Shown here: positions 16,422-26,376 of the stretch, piece after piece
Layout: every line of letters begins with the position of its first letter
Numbering within the stretch: position 1 is the first letter of the stretch
Origin: Pseudomonadota bacterium
Lineage (GTDB): Bacteria; UBA10199; 2-02-FULL-44-16; JAAZCA01
Reading direction: 5' to 3'
Length of the DNA: 31,007 nt
NCBI GenBank assembly: GCA_043822785.1
Contig: JBDRBN010000097.1
Span: 1 to 31,007, forward strand
Notes under the pieces: generated by a model
Told to the model about the DNA's origin: nothing
The model's input: the letters and a program-made list of their open reading frames with translations, nothing else
Databases searched by the model: none
Made by a program: the position numbers and the translations under genes

Positions 16422-17593
16422 TCAGCCAAAAAAATGACCAAAAACCAAACCGCTTATCGTCGCCATGACGACCACGAGCAGGACATAAGCTGCTGTTTTT
16501 TTGTCCCCATCACGCTGCGTATGACGAGCATGTTAGGCAGTGAAAGAGCAGGCCCTGCGAGCAAAAGCGCAAGCGCCGGACCCTTGCCCATCCCGCTGCC
16601 TATGAGCCCCTGCAGGATCGGCACTTCGGTGAGGGTGGCAAAGTACATGAAGGCGCCGGCGACGGATGCGAAGAGGTTTGCAAAGAGCGAATTGCCGCCC
16701 ACCAGGCTCTCTATGTAGTGAGAGGGGATGAGTCCCTCCTGTCCCGGCCTGCCCAGCAGAAAGCCTGCTATCAGCACACCGGCGAGGAGGAGCGGAAGTA
16801 TCTGTTTTGCGAATCTCCACGAGAGCATGATCCAGTTGCCAAGCTCTTGGCGCTTGAACCAACTGAGCGTTGCCGCTGCCAGAACGACGAGCGATGCGGC
16901 TGAGAGATACCATTTCACCGCAAAGATCGCGTGCCAGAGTCCCGCTGAATCCTCTTGAGGTTTGCCCCAGTTGGCGAAGACCAGAAACGCCACCATCGAG
17001 GCGATGAATACCACTTCCTGCCAGATCGGCCGGCCGGTTTCCTCGGGGCCCGCGGCAAGCCCTCCTTCCTCGTGGCGGGCGCACTCCTCTTTCAGGAAGA
17101 TGAGGTGCATGAGCAGGCCTATCACGATGCTGAAGAGGACCGCTCCAACGGCCCTGGCGATGCCGAGATCGAGGCCCAGCACGCGCGCGGTCAGTATGTT
17201 GGCGAGCACGTTGAGCCCTGGCCCGGAATAAACAAAAGCGACCGCCGGCCCGAGCCCCGCCCCGCGCCTGTAGATCCCCATGAAGAGCGGCAGAACCGTG
17301 CAGGAGCAGACCGCGAGGATCGTACCTGAAACAGAGGCTATCCCGTAGGCGAGGACCTTGTTTGCCTTCGCGCCGAAGTATTTGATGACCGAAGCCTGGC
17401 TCACGAATGCGGAGATCGCGCCGGCTATGAAGAAGGCGGGCACAAGGCACAGGATCACGTGCTCCTGAGCATACCATTTTACCAAGGCAAAGGCCTCGAC
17501 GATCGAATTATCGAAGCGCGTCCACCCCACCGGCAAAAACCAGCAGGCGAGAAAGGCCGCTACCAGAATCAAAAGCTTATAGCGTTCCCTCAT
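16422..17593 (-). CDS. arsP: ArsP/DUF318-family permease with an apparent frameshift near the C-terminus
   Basis: AVCSCTVLP, MYFATLTEVPI and GPALSLPNM motifs. Adding one A to the A7 run (16496-16502) gives KKTAAYVLLVVVMATISGLVFGHFFG* ending at 16422. Confidence 0.82.
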
Positions 17594-17901
17594 CTATTTT
17601 TCCTCTTTGGCGCAACGACCTTGCAGCAGCCGCCCTCGATCTTGATGGCCTTGATGTTGACCAGCGCATCCGCGATCTTTTTGTGCGCGGAATCCAGCAT
17701 CCGCGATACGGTGGAGCGATGGACCTTCATGAGCCTCGCCACCCCCTCCTGATCGTGATCCTCGAGGTAGGCCAGACGCAGGGCTTCGAACTCGTCTATC
17801 GTAAGGACGACACCCTCCAGTTCTTTGAGGGGCTTGCACCGGGGACGGAAGCAACGTTCTTCGGGCTCACAACGTATCCATCTTTCCTTTTTGGGCCTCA
17901 C
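17590..17901 (-). CDS. DUF134 domain DNA-binding protein
   Basis: RPKKER...LTIDEFEALRL...A.LMKVHRST...AHKKIADALV..KAIKIEGG. Confidence 0.88.
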   Translation of the reverse strand: MRPKKERWIRCEPEERCFRPRCKPLKELEGVVLTIDEFEALRLAYLEDHDQEGVARLMKVHRSTVSRMLDSAHKKIADALVNIKAIKIEGGCCKVVAPKRKNR

Positions 17902-17913
17902 CCCACCTCCAAA

Positions 17914-17947
17914 TTATGCACATAAGTGCATAACCCGCGATTGTCAA
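17914..17947 (-). promoter_or_regulatory. Palindromic operator and -35 box upstream of the DUF134 operon
   Basis: TTATGCAC-ATAA-GTGCATAA (17914-17933); TTGACA on minus strand at 17947-17942. Confidence 0.65.
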
Positions 17948-18008
17948 GCGTGAAGGCTGAAAGCAGTCCCTTGACCGCAGACGCCCTTTGATGCAATTGT
18001 CTGCGGCC

Positions 18009-18500
18009 ATGAGAAAGTCGATCACGATACATCCCATCGGAGTCATCCGTACGCCCTACAAAGAGCCGGAGGGCATCCCGATACAGGGAAAATTCAAGGA
18101 CGATGTGACCGGAAAGGCGGAGCTATTCCCCGAATACAAAGAAGGGCTCAAGGACATAGAAGGCTTCTCGCACGTCATCCTCATCTACTACTTCGACCGG
18201 GCCCGAGAGGAGAGGCTCGTCGGCAGGCCATTTCTCGAAGAAGATGAACACGGCATCTTTGCCATCCGTAGTCCAACGAGGCCAAATCGTCTGGGGCTTT
18301 CGGTGGTAAAACTGATCGGCGTCGAAGGCTCGGCAATCGTCTTCTCCGAGGTCGATATCCTCGACAACACGCCGCTTATCGACATCAAGCCCTACGTCTC
18401 GTACTTCGATGCGTGCGAGGGCGTGAGGAACGGATGGATCGAAAAGCATTTGCGCGACGGGACACCGATTGATCGCATTATATTGAAAAATAAAAAATGA
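18009..18500 (+). CDS. tsaA: TrmO/TsaA-family tRNA methyltransferase-like protein
   Basis: PIGVIRTPY, GIFAIRSPTRPNRLGLS, DNTPLIDIKPY motifs. Confidence 0.88.
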   Translation: MRKSITIHPIGVIRTPYKEPEGIPIQGKFKDDVTGKAELFPEYKEGLKDIEGFSHVILIYYFDRAREERLVGRPFLEEDEHGIFAIRSPTRPNRLGLSVVKLIGVEGSAIVFSEVDILDNTPLIDIKPYVSYFDACEGVRNGWIEKHLRDGTPIDRIILKNKK

Positions 18501-18649
18501 GGTCCGCCATGGGCGTCTTCTATATGCGTGAGCCGCTCAGGCTCGACTTCTTGTGGGCGACGCTTTGTCTCGTGGGTGCGGCATACTTTATGTTTAGGGG
18601 CGCATTGGTTCCCGGAAATATGCAGACGGAGACACAGATGTTTTGGTAA
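18497..18649 (+). pseudogene. C-terminal fragment of a DMT/DUF486-like small membrane protein
   Basis: VFYMREPLRLDFLWATLCLVGAAYFMFR resembles the family C-terminus; no N-terminal part present. Confidence 0.55.
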
Positions 18650-18668
18650 TTGTGAATTTTAAAAACAA

Positions 18669-19766
18669 TCATCCGCCGCACTTGGCTGCTTTACCACCGC
18701 CGCTGTCTTTGCCAAAGCCAAAACCCGGAGATGGGTTTGCGTCGTCCATTTCTTTTTGACACTCGGGGGGCTCAACTTTGAAAGCCTTGCATACAGCATC
18801 GCGGAGCGCCTTGGAGCTACGGCCTGAGTTAACAACTGCGTCATTGATAACAAGGGTGGGGGAGCCGCTCACACCATATTTCTTTGCCAGCGCTGCATGT
18901 ATGGGAAATGGCGGAAACTGGCCTTTCCATTGCGACTTATCCTCAAACGCCTTTGTAACGCCAAACTCCGCATCGGCCTTCTTGAGGCAAGCATTGAGAG
19001 CACTTGCATCAACGCCAGCCTGATTTGCGCACTTGTCGCTTGTGTCACCAGTTTTGAGAAAACACTCGAGATAGTTGCGCAGTTTTTGTTTTCCCTGGTC
19101 TTCAACGCAGTACTGTTTCAACTGTTCGTCGATCTCTTTTTTTCCATGCATGGCATAATCCACAAAGCGGATGTTCAGGTTGATCTTATCGCCGAACAGA
19201 TCCCAAACAGGAAGCAGTCCCTTTTCGATCTGCGTGCCAAATGGGCAGTGGGACATCACAAAGACATCAACGTCGGGTTTTTCGCGTTTTTCCATGCAGC
19301 GCCAGTCTTTCTTGCAGGCCGGATCATCGCAATCCACAAGCTTGTTCTTATCATCATCCTTCTTGTTGTCGCAGATCTCTGCAGAAGGGTCGAATGAGCC
19401 GCCTATCATGAGCGAGTAATAATTTTTGCCCAGCTTGGCAAAGCGCTCAAAACGCTTAAAAGTTTCCTGTTGATCGTAAGACTTGGGTACAAGGACTATA
19501 GGCAGGAGTTTTACTCCTTCCTGTTCAAAGAGCTTTTTGCCTTTGCGCTCGCCAAAGTCCAGCACGTCAAGGGTAGCAGTGGGAAAGGCGGTCTTGAATG
19601 CGGCTTCAAGACGGGAGGTGTCGCACTCCTCACAGCGCGCATCGGTTATTATCACTATGCCCTTGCCCATGCTCCATGTGGCAACAAGTTTTTGCGCGCC
19701 AAGTGTAATCCCCGACGATGCCAAAGCTACAATAACCAGCAGAATTATGACGGTGCTCTTTTTCAT
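18669..19766 (-). CDS. Secreted Cys-rich thioredoxin-fold (DsbA/GILT-like) protein
   Basis: Start MKKSTVII at 19766 with signal peptide; DVFVMSHCPFG and YGVSGSPTLVIN motifs; EICDNKKDDDKNKLVDCDDPAC segment. Confidence 0.75.
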   Translation of the reverse strand: MKKSTVIILLVIVALASSGITLGAQKLVATWSMGKGIVIITDARCEECDTSRLEAAFKTAFPTATLDVLDFGERKGKKLFEQEGVKLLPIVLVPKSYDQQETFKRFERFAKLGKNYYSLMIGGSFDPSAEICDNKKDDDKNKLVDCDDPACKKDWRCMEKREKPDVDVFVMSHCPFGTQIEKGLLPVWDLFGDKINLNIRFVDYAMHGKKEIDEQLKQYCVEDQGKQKLRNYLECFLKTGDTSDKCANQAGVDASALNACLKKADAEFGVTKAFEDKSQWKGQFPPFPIHAALAKKYGVSGSPTLVINDAVVNSGRSSKALRDAVCKAFKVEPPECQKEMDDANPSPGFGFGKDSGGGKAAKCGG

Positions 19767-19881
19767 AAAAATTCCTCCCCTTTTTTGGTTAATCCAGTGC
19801 TTAATGACACCATTTGAAGCATATATCAAGCATCATGGTTTGTGTTTTGCAAAGTGAGTAATTTCTGTATATTACAAACAA

Positions 19882-21738
19882 ATGCCCGAAGAGCTCAAAA
19901 AGGATCTTGGCCTTTTGGATGTCTTTTGTATCTCGTCTGGGGCCATGATCAGTTCAGGTCTTTTTATCCTGCCTGCGCTTGCCTTTCAAAAAGCAGGCCC
20001 CGCTATTTTGTTTTCATACGTTTTAGCCGCGTTTCTTGTCTTGCCGGCCATGTTGAGCGACGCAGAGCTTGCTACTGCCATGCCCAAGGCGGGCGGCACA
20101 TACTTTTTTATAGATAGAACTTTTGGACCTGCTTTTGGAACCCTGGGCGGCATCTCTCATTGGTTTTCAATAGGTTTAAAAAGCGCGTTTGCTTTGATAG
20201 GAATCGGCGAATTTGCAAGGCTGGTTCGTTCCGATGTGTCTGAAATCGAAGTCAAGCTGATTGCCATTAGCTGCTGCCTTTTGTTTGTGCTGATCAACAT
20301 AAAGGGGGTGCGGCATGCAGGCAAGGCGCAGATCCTTATGGTGCTTAGCCTTATCGGCGTGCTCGTGTTCTATGTCGTTGCTGGACTGCCGCATGTGGAC
20401 ATGGCCAGATTTTCTACGCTTATGCCCTATGGCGCCGTATCCATCATAGCCACGGCGGGCTTTGTGTTCGTCTCTTACGGTGGGCTCACCAAGGTGGCGG
20501 CCGTTGCTGAGGAAGTAAGAAATCCCGGCCGAGACATCCCCCTGGGCTTGGGCCTTTCGCTTGCCGTGGTAACTCTGCTCTATGCCTTAGTGATATTTGT
20601 AACAGTAGGTGTGTTGGATGATAAGATATTGATGAATTCTCTAACCCCGCTGTCGATAGCCGCAAGTAAGTTTCTTGGGTTCCCGGGACTTATCATTTTA
20701 TCGGTGGCGGCTATGTTGGCATTCACAACCACTGCCAATGCCGGCATCATGACAGCTTCGCGCGATCCTTTGGCCATGAGCAGGGACGGCCTGCTCCCGA
20801 AGTTCTTTGAAAGGGTAAGCCTTCGCTTTAAGACTCCGCATTTTTCCATCATATTTACCGGGACGTTCATGGCCGCGTCCATTCTAGTTTTAAACCTGGA
20901 GAAACTTGTCAAACTGGCCTCCACTTTGATGATTCTAGTGTTCATCTTTTTAAATCTCTCAGTCATCATCATGCGCGAAGCGCGCCTTGCCAATTATAAG
21001 CCTGCCTTCAAAAGTCCATTTTATCCGTGGACGCAAGTCGCCGGCATTGTGAGCTGTTTTTTTCTAATCGTCGAGATGGGTGTGGTTCCTTTGTTTACGG
21101 CAACGCTGTTTTTGACCGGCGGCTTTGTATGGTACTGGGTTTATGGCCGTCCCAGGGTGGAGAGGGAATCGGCTCTGATATGTTTCATCAAAAGGGTCGC
21201 CGGAAAGACGTTTGTGTGCGAGGATCTTGGCGCGGAGCTCAAAGAGGTTCTGACGCGGAGAGATGACATCGTGGAAGATCGGTTTCATCGATTGGTGAAT
21301 TCAAGCGTAATTTTGGATTTGGCGGAAAAGATGTCTGCGGATGAGTGCTTTCTAAAAATTGCCGATGCGATGTCGGCCAAAGTGGGAGTGGAAGCTGCGG
21401 CCTTGAAGGATATGTTGATGCAGCGTGAAGGGGAATCGTCGACGGCATTGAGCCTGGGACTTGCAATACCGCATATGGTGATAGAAGGAGCCGGTGTGTT
21501 TGAATTGGCGCTGATAAGGAGCAGGGATGGGATCGTTTTTCCGGGAGCGAGGGAGCCCGTACACGCCGTCTTTGCGCTTTTTGGTTCGCAGGACGAACGC
21601 AATTTTCATCTAAGGGCTCTGATGGCTATAGCGCAGATTACGCAAGAGAAAGATTTTTTGAAGAAATGGCTCGAAGCAAGAAGTGTAGAAGAATTAAGAG
21701 ATCTGGTTCTGCTGGGTAAAAGAAAAAGAGGTGAATGA
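19882..21738 (+). CDS. APC amino acid permease fused to a PTS EIIA(Ntr/Fru)-type domain
   Basis: GAMISSGLF, ELATAMPKAGG, AEEVRNP; C-terminal RE..SSTAL..GLAIPH. Confidence 0.9.
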   Translation: MPEELKKDLGLLDVFCISSGAMISSGLFILPALAFQKAGPAILFSYVLAAFLVLPAMLSDAELATAMPKAGGTYFFIDRTFGPAFGTLGGISHWFSIGLKSAFALIGIGEFARLVRSDVSEIEVKLIAISCCLLFVLINIKGVRHAGKAQILMVLSLIGVLVFYVVAGLPHVDMARFSTLMPYGAVSIIATAGFVFVSYGGLTKVAAVAEEVRNPGRDIPLGLGLSLAVVTLLYALVIFVTVGVLDDKILMNSLTPLSIAASKFLGFPGLIILSVAAMLAFTTTANAGIMTASRDPLAMSRDGLLPKFFERVSLRFKTPHFSIIFTGTFMAASILVLNLEKLVKLASTLMILVFIFLNLSVIIMREARLANYKPAFKSPFYPWTQVAGIVSCFFLIVEMGVVPLFTATLFLTGGFVWYWVYGRPRVERESALICFIKRVAGKTFVCEDLGAELKEVLTRRDDIVEDRFHRLVNSSVILDLAEKMSADECFLKIADAMSAKVGVEAAALKDMLMQREGESSTALSLGLAIPHMVIEGAGVFELALIRSRDGIVFPGAREPVHAVFALFGSQDERNFHLRALMAIAQITQEKDFLKKWLEARSVEELRDLVLLGKRKRGE

Positions 21739-21745
21739 CCGCCTG

Positions 21746-22267
21746 TTATGCTTCTGGTTCATATCCCAGAAGTTTTTTCATCTCAATATAGTTTTTATCA
21801 AATTTATCCGGTGGCGTTAGCGTTATGAGAACCACGTTTGTATTATCTATGAGCGAACTCCTTGCAAACATTATTTGTTTTACTCCTTTGTAAATTCCCG
21901 ACCCTAAGGCAAAGAGGATATTGACTTTGGTTTCCTTTCCCTGAACTGTTTTTGTTATTAACGATTCTTTAGGAAGATATTTGAATTTGTATTTCTTTAA
22001 AAACTTATCAAGGGCTTTGGCTGGATCGTATGGCAGAGACCTATCCTCATAATATACCAAGACGAGATCGTTTTTTGAATTGATGGCAGTGAATTTTAGA
22101 ATTTTTCCGCTAATTTTTATTTTGGTCACCCATTTGCCTTTGACCTCAAACTTCAACAACCCATCGTTTGGCCCTACTGTGGCAGTTTCCTCTGAAAAGG
22201 CATGAGGCATCGATGAGAAGATCATTATGACAAGTGACAAAAAGATTATGACTGTTTTTTTACACAT
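21746..22267 (-). CDS. Hypothetical secreted protein
   Basis: 173 aa, signal peptide, AAGGGGG RBS. Confidence 0.7.
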   Translation of the reverse strand: MCKKTVIIFLSLVIMIFSSMPHAFSEETATVGPNDGLLKFEVKGKWVTKIKISGKILKFTAINSKNDLVLVYYEDRSLPYDPAKALDKFLKKYKFKYLPKESLITKTVQGKETKVNILFALGSGIYKGVKQIMFARSSLIDNTNVVLITLTPPDKFDKNYIEMKKLLGYEPEA

Positions 22268-22351
22268 TAGATCCCCCTTGGTCTTAAGTATCGCTTGCGC
22301 TGTTGGATGTAAACAGTTGTAGGCGCGCCTGTCTGCGTATTGGAAAATTGT

Positions 22352-24976
22352 TTACACAATAACGATTTTACTCGTTCCCTGGATGTTGCCGATCGCGGTT
22401 GCCAAACGGAGTGCACCCCGTTTTTTGCTCAAACCTTGAGGAAGTTGGATTCTGAATGTGTAGTCAGCAATTTCGCCCTGATTGGCTTTTGGAATCGAGC
22501 ATGCCTTTATTTCAGCGCGCAAGCCTAAGATCGAATTGACGATAGCCATCGCAATTTCAGGTTTTGAAGAATCTCTTCTAATATGAACTGTGATATCAAG
22601 CGAGCTTGATAATCGTGATTCAGAATGTGTAATATAGTTGCTGAGTTCTTCCAAATCGCTCAAAAAAGATTTAGGAAATTCGCCTTTGATCGAAAAACGG
22701 GTCATATAGTAAGGGGAGGAGCCTGGTATGCGGGAGATGTCCATGGTTTCAAGCGTGATGCGTTGCTTGCTAAAGTTTGCAAAGAGTTGTTTTAGCAGAC
22801 TGCCTTCACCAGTTGAGATGATTTCAAGACTTTTTCTATTGTGCGAGTATAGGATGCCATCGGTTTTTATGCGTGTTTTTATTTGAGCTTCGAACTTATC
22901 TTTTTCTGTTCCTTCTGGCAAGGCTGCGAGCATTGCATAAAACATTTCTTCGTCATCAAAGCCCATTCGGTTATATAATCTCTTAAGAGAGAAGCTGTGC
23001 TTCGGTTTCCCTACCTTAAAACGTGGTCCGTAGAGACGATGAAGTTCAGCCTCTATCTGCGAGACGATGTTTTTAAAATCTTCCTTTCCCTTACTTACAG
23101 AGGTTTGAAGGTTAAAATTTCCGTCCATCACTGCGTGCATATTTTTAGCAGCAATAGCAAGCAGGGCCTTTGCGCGAAACGTAGCCACATCCCCGCGCCT
23201 TCCATTTACCTCTGCACGGCTGCCTGTTTCCACCCGAACTCTCTGTCCTGAGAAAAGGGGGGCATCCAATTTTACATTTTTATCCTCTACAAATCCTCTG
23301 ATGGCACGAAGCCCTTCTTGAATTGATCTTGCAAATGCTGCGTCAAGAACCGTTGGCTGCCTGTTGGGCGAGCCGGTCACAAGCCTTAGTAGATCGTCAT
23401 TTGTTTCGTCATACACAAAATAAACCCCGGCATCGATCATCCTCTTCCGTTTTTCGTCAAATAGCTGTTGGGCAACATGGTCTTCACTTAATAATGTTGC
23501 AGATGTTTTCTCACCTGTTTTATAACTGATGTGAGCAGCAGAACCGATTTCTGCTTTTCTATCCATCTCCTTTGTGCGAATTTGAATTTCTACTACATAA
23601 CCTGAGGCATCAATATAGCCAATATGAAGCGATTGATATCCATTGTCCTTTGGACGTGATATATAATCATCGTCCAGATCCTTCTGCTCTTTCCAACCTG
23701 CATCTTCGAAAAACTTCCTAATTGCAAATAGAGCTGCATAACAGCTCTCCGCTACATTTGAATCCAATATGATCCTTATGCCGTTGGTGTCATTATTGTT
23801 CCCCTTGATTTCATCTCTACGTTTAGCGCTGGCTATTCTCTTTACGCGATATTTGATTTGATGCTCAAGCTCATCAATTTCAAGGACAAAATTGACATCC
23901 TCGGCGATTTTGCGCAATTTGCCAAGAGATGCGGCCCTGTCCATGCCGTTGATTTTCTCCAGACGCCTTTCCACCTCTTCATAGGCTTTGGGATCAAGAT
24001 GCAAGAGGGCAAGGTCTTCAAGCTTTCCGCTGTCGTCGCCATAATTCAAATATTTTAGAATCCAGGATGTTGCCAAAAAGGCGCGCTGGGCTTTTTTTGT
24101 CATCTTGTCTGGCGAATCGGAAGGCAATTCAGTTGCTTGCTCTAAATCGATTAGATCCTCGGCAGCAAGCAGAAGAAAACTGTCCATGTCCTCTGCCATA
24201 AGGAACATGAGGCTTCTAAAATAGTCGACTTGAACGTCGTTTGACCAGTTGCAGGGGAGGCTTTCAAGTTGTTGTTTGTTGTTAAGAATGCCTTGAATCT
24301 TTTTTGGCGTCTCGCCCCTCGGTCTAGGCTTTGAGGCGTGAAGACAAAGTGCGGTTGCAACACCATAAACGGACGCGTTCAATTCGATCATCTTGAAGGC
24401 TACTCTTATGCTTCGCTGTTGAAGGTTGGCTGGAATGCCTTGAAGATTGCCAAAAACAGCCTCTACAATTTCAATGTCCTTTTTTTTGTATTCATTTTCC
24501 GTAAGGCGTTTTAGCAGTTGTTGTCGTGAGATATCGAGGTTTGGAATAACGCTCGGAGGAGGGGCATCGTCATCCATAGCCATCATGGACACATGTCCAA
24601 GCTTTTCTTCTCCAATTGCAAATGCCGGCATGACCATTCCGGTTCCAGCCAGCTCAAGCATCTGGGGTGCGAATAGGGGAGTGTCTGATCCATCAAGCAA
24701 TTGCACAAGACCGTGGTATGCATTCTTAAAAAAATCACCGGCACGCTTAAGCCAATCATTTTGTTCTGGACCCTTGTTATTGAATCCGGAGTTGCCGAGG
24801 TGACGGAAGATACTTGGGGGTAAAATTGAGGGAGTTGTTGTTAAATGTTTAGGTCCTATTTGATATAGATCGCTGCCTAACGTTGCACCCGCAGGCAAAG
24901 CCATGCCCATCATGCTGTATTCCGGCAGCATGTATCCTGGTGGTGGCGTGACATTTATAGGAGCTCTTATGACCAT
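22352..24976 (-). CDS. Atypical long RelA/SpoT homologue with N-terminal extension and degenerate hydrolase
   Basis: RVKRIAS, DTNGIRII, DYISRPKDNGYQSLH, EIQIRT..M...AEIGSAAHISYK; TGS-like TVLDAAF; HD motif replaced by LHAS. Confidence 0.88.
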   Translation of the reverse strand: MVIRAPINVTPPPGYMLPEYSMMGMALPAGATLGSDLYQIGPKHLTTTPSILPPSIFRHLGNSGFNNKGPEQNDWLKRAGDFFKNAYHGLVQLLDGSDTPLFAPQMLELAGTGMVMPAFAIGEEKLGHVSMMAMDDDAPPPSVIPNLDISRQQLLKRLTENEYKKKDIEIVEAVFGNLQGIPANLQQRSIRVAFKMIELNASVYGVATALCLHASKPRPRGETPKKIQGILNNKQQLESLPCNWSNDVQVDYFRSLMFLMAEDMDSFLLLAAEDLIDLEQATELPSDSPDKMTKKAQRAFLATSWILKYLNYGDDSGKLEDLALLHLDPKAYEEVERRLEKINGMDRAASLGKLRKIAEDVNFVLEIDELEHQIKYRVKRIASAKRRDEIKGNNNDTNGIRIILDSNVAESCYAALFAIRKFFEDAGWKEQKDLDDDYISRPKDNGYQSLHIGYIDASGYVVEIQIRTKEMDRKAEIGSAAHISYKTGEKTSATLLSEDHVAQQLFDEKRKRMIDAGVYFVYDETNDDLLRLVTGSPNRQPTVLDAAFARSIQEGLRAIRGFVEDKNVKLDAPLFSGQRVRVETGSRAEVNGRRGDVATFRAKALLAIAAKNMHAVMDGNFNLQTSVSKGKEDFKNIVSQIEAELHRLYGPRFKVGKPKHSFSLKRLYNRMGFDDEEMFYAMLAALPEGTEKDKFEAQIKTRIKTDGILYSHNRKSLEIISTGEGSLLKQLFANFSKQRITLETMDISRIPGSSPYYMTRFSIKGEFPKSFLSDLEELSNYITHSESRLSSSLDITVHIRRDSSKPEIAMAIVNSILGLRAEIKACSIPKANQGEIADYTFRIQLPQGLSKKRGALRLATAIGNIQGTSKIVIV

Positions 24977-24995
24977 GAATCCTCAATTTTTACAC

Positions 24996-25022
24996 TTATC
25001 GACCATTCCTCAATAATGTTGC
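24996..25022 (-). promoter_or_regulatory. Possible sigma28 (FliA)-type promoter
   Basis: GCAA-N15-GTCGATAA versus consensus TAAA-N15-GCCGATAA. Confidence 0.4.
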
Positions 25023-25171
25023 TATAAAATTTTGAAAATATATTACCAAATTTACTAATATATACAGGTAATTAGGAGATCTGCAATAGCAAGCCAATTC
25101 CGATTGCTACTCCATGAGAGCTTGACCATTCATTTGACAAAGATCTGATCTCAATGTCATTGTTATAAACC

Positions 25172-26257
25172 ATGAAACAAGTCATACACGAAGAACGCAG
25201 GTTAAGTTTTTTCGAAAAATATCTTACCGCCTGGGTAATCGGTTGCATCGGCCTTGGAATACTTTTGGGCAAGCTCTTTCCACAGGCAACGCTAGCACTG
25301 GACCGAATTTCCATCCACCAGGTTTCCATCCCTATCGCGATTGCGCTTTTCTTCATGATGTACCCAATAATGGTAAAGATCGACTTTTCAGAGGTGATAA
25401 AAGCGGGCAAGACGCCCAAACCCGTAATCCTGACCCTGTTCATCAACTGGTGCGTCAAACCCTTTACTATGCTGGCAATTGCAACTGTGTTCCTAGAGGT
25501 CTTGTTCAAGGGGTGGCTCCCAGGTGTTGAGACCGTAAGAGACGGATCACAGGTCGAGCTTTTTCGCTCCTACATATCTGGCTGCATTCTTTTGGGAATT
25601 GCGCCCTGCACTGCAATGGTGCTGATCTGGGGGCATCTGGCCAGGGGCAACGACGGCCACACTCTGGTAATGGTCGCCATAAACTCCCTGACCATGCTTT
25701 TTCTATATGCGCCCCTCGGCGGTTGGCTGCTTGGCGTAAACAAGATGCCCATCCCGTGGCAAACCATAGTGCTTTCAGTTTTGATCTACGTTGGTCTTCC
25801 CCTGCTATGCGGCTATTTTTCGCGAAAATGGATCATTAGCTTGAAGGGGTTCAAGTGGTTTGAGGAAATATTTATTCACTATTTGACGCCGGTCTCTATT
25901 GGTGCGCTCCTGTTCACGCTGGTTCTATTGTTCTCTTTCAAAGGGCAGCTGATCATAGATTATCCTCAAGTCATATTTTTGATAGCCATTCCCCTACTTG
26001 TTCAAACGTGTTTAATCTTTGTGCTAACTTATTTTTTATCCAGATGGCTAAAACTCTCTTACAGGGATGCTGCACCGTCGGCGCTCATCGGTGCGAGCAA
26101 CCACTTTGAGGTCGCCATTGCCACATCAGCCATTCTTTTCGGAATATCTTCGGGAGCAGCTCTGGCAACCGTGGTGGGAGTGCTGATAGAAGTTCCGGTT
26201 ATGCTCATGCTTGTAAGGATTTGCTTAAAGACTCGTGGCTGGTTTGGACACGCCTAA
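25172..26257 (+). CDS. acr3: Acr3-family arsenite efflux transporter
   Basis: [52 protein letters not shown]. Confidence 0.95.
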   Translation: MKQVIHEERRLSFFEKYLTAWVIGCIGLGILLGKLFPQATLALDRISIHQVSIPIAIALFFMMYPIMVKIDFSEVIKAGKTPKPVILTLFINWCVKPFTMLAIATVFLEVLFKGWLPGVETVRDGSQVELFRSYISGCILLGIAPCTAMVLIWGHLARGNDGHTLVMVAINSLTMLFLYAPLGGWLLGVNKMPIPWQTIVLSVLIYVGLPLLCGYFSRKWIISLKGFKWFEEIFIHYLTPVSIGALLFTLVLLFSFKGQLIIDYPQVIFLIAIPLLVQTCLIFVLTYFLSRWLKLSYRDAAPSALIGASNHFEVAIATSAILFGISSGAALATVVGVLIEVPVMLMLVRICLKTRGWFGHA

Positions 26258-26376
26258 GCTGCACAGTCGACGGTAACAGCGCAAAATAAGGGCCAAATTG
26301 TTTCGTGACATAAAAATAAGCATATGATATTTATGACCATAATAAACATGATAACCAAAGAACAGGGAGGGGAGAC

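Noticed and set aside
16533..17477. 314-aa alternative-frame ORF and other shadow ORFs in the GC-rich block
   Set aside because: Arg/Pro-rich shadows overlapping well-supported genes.
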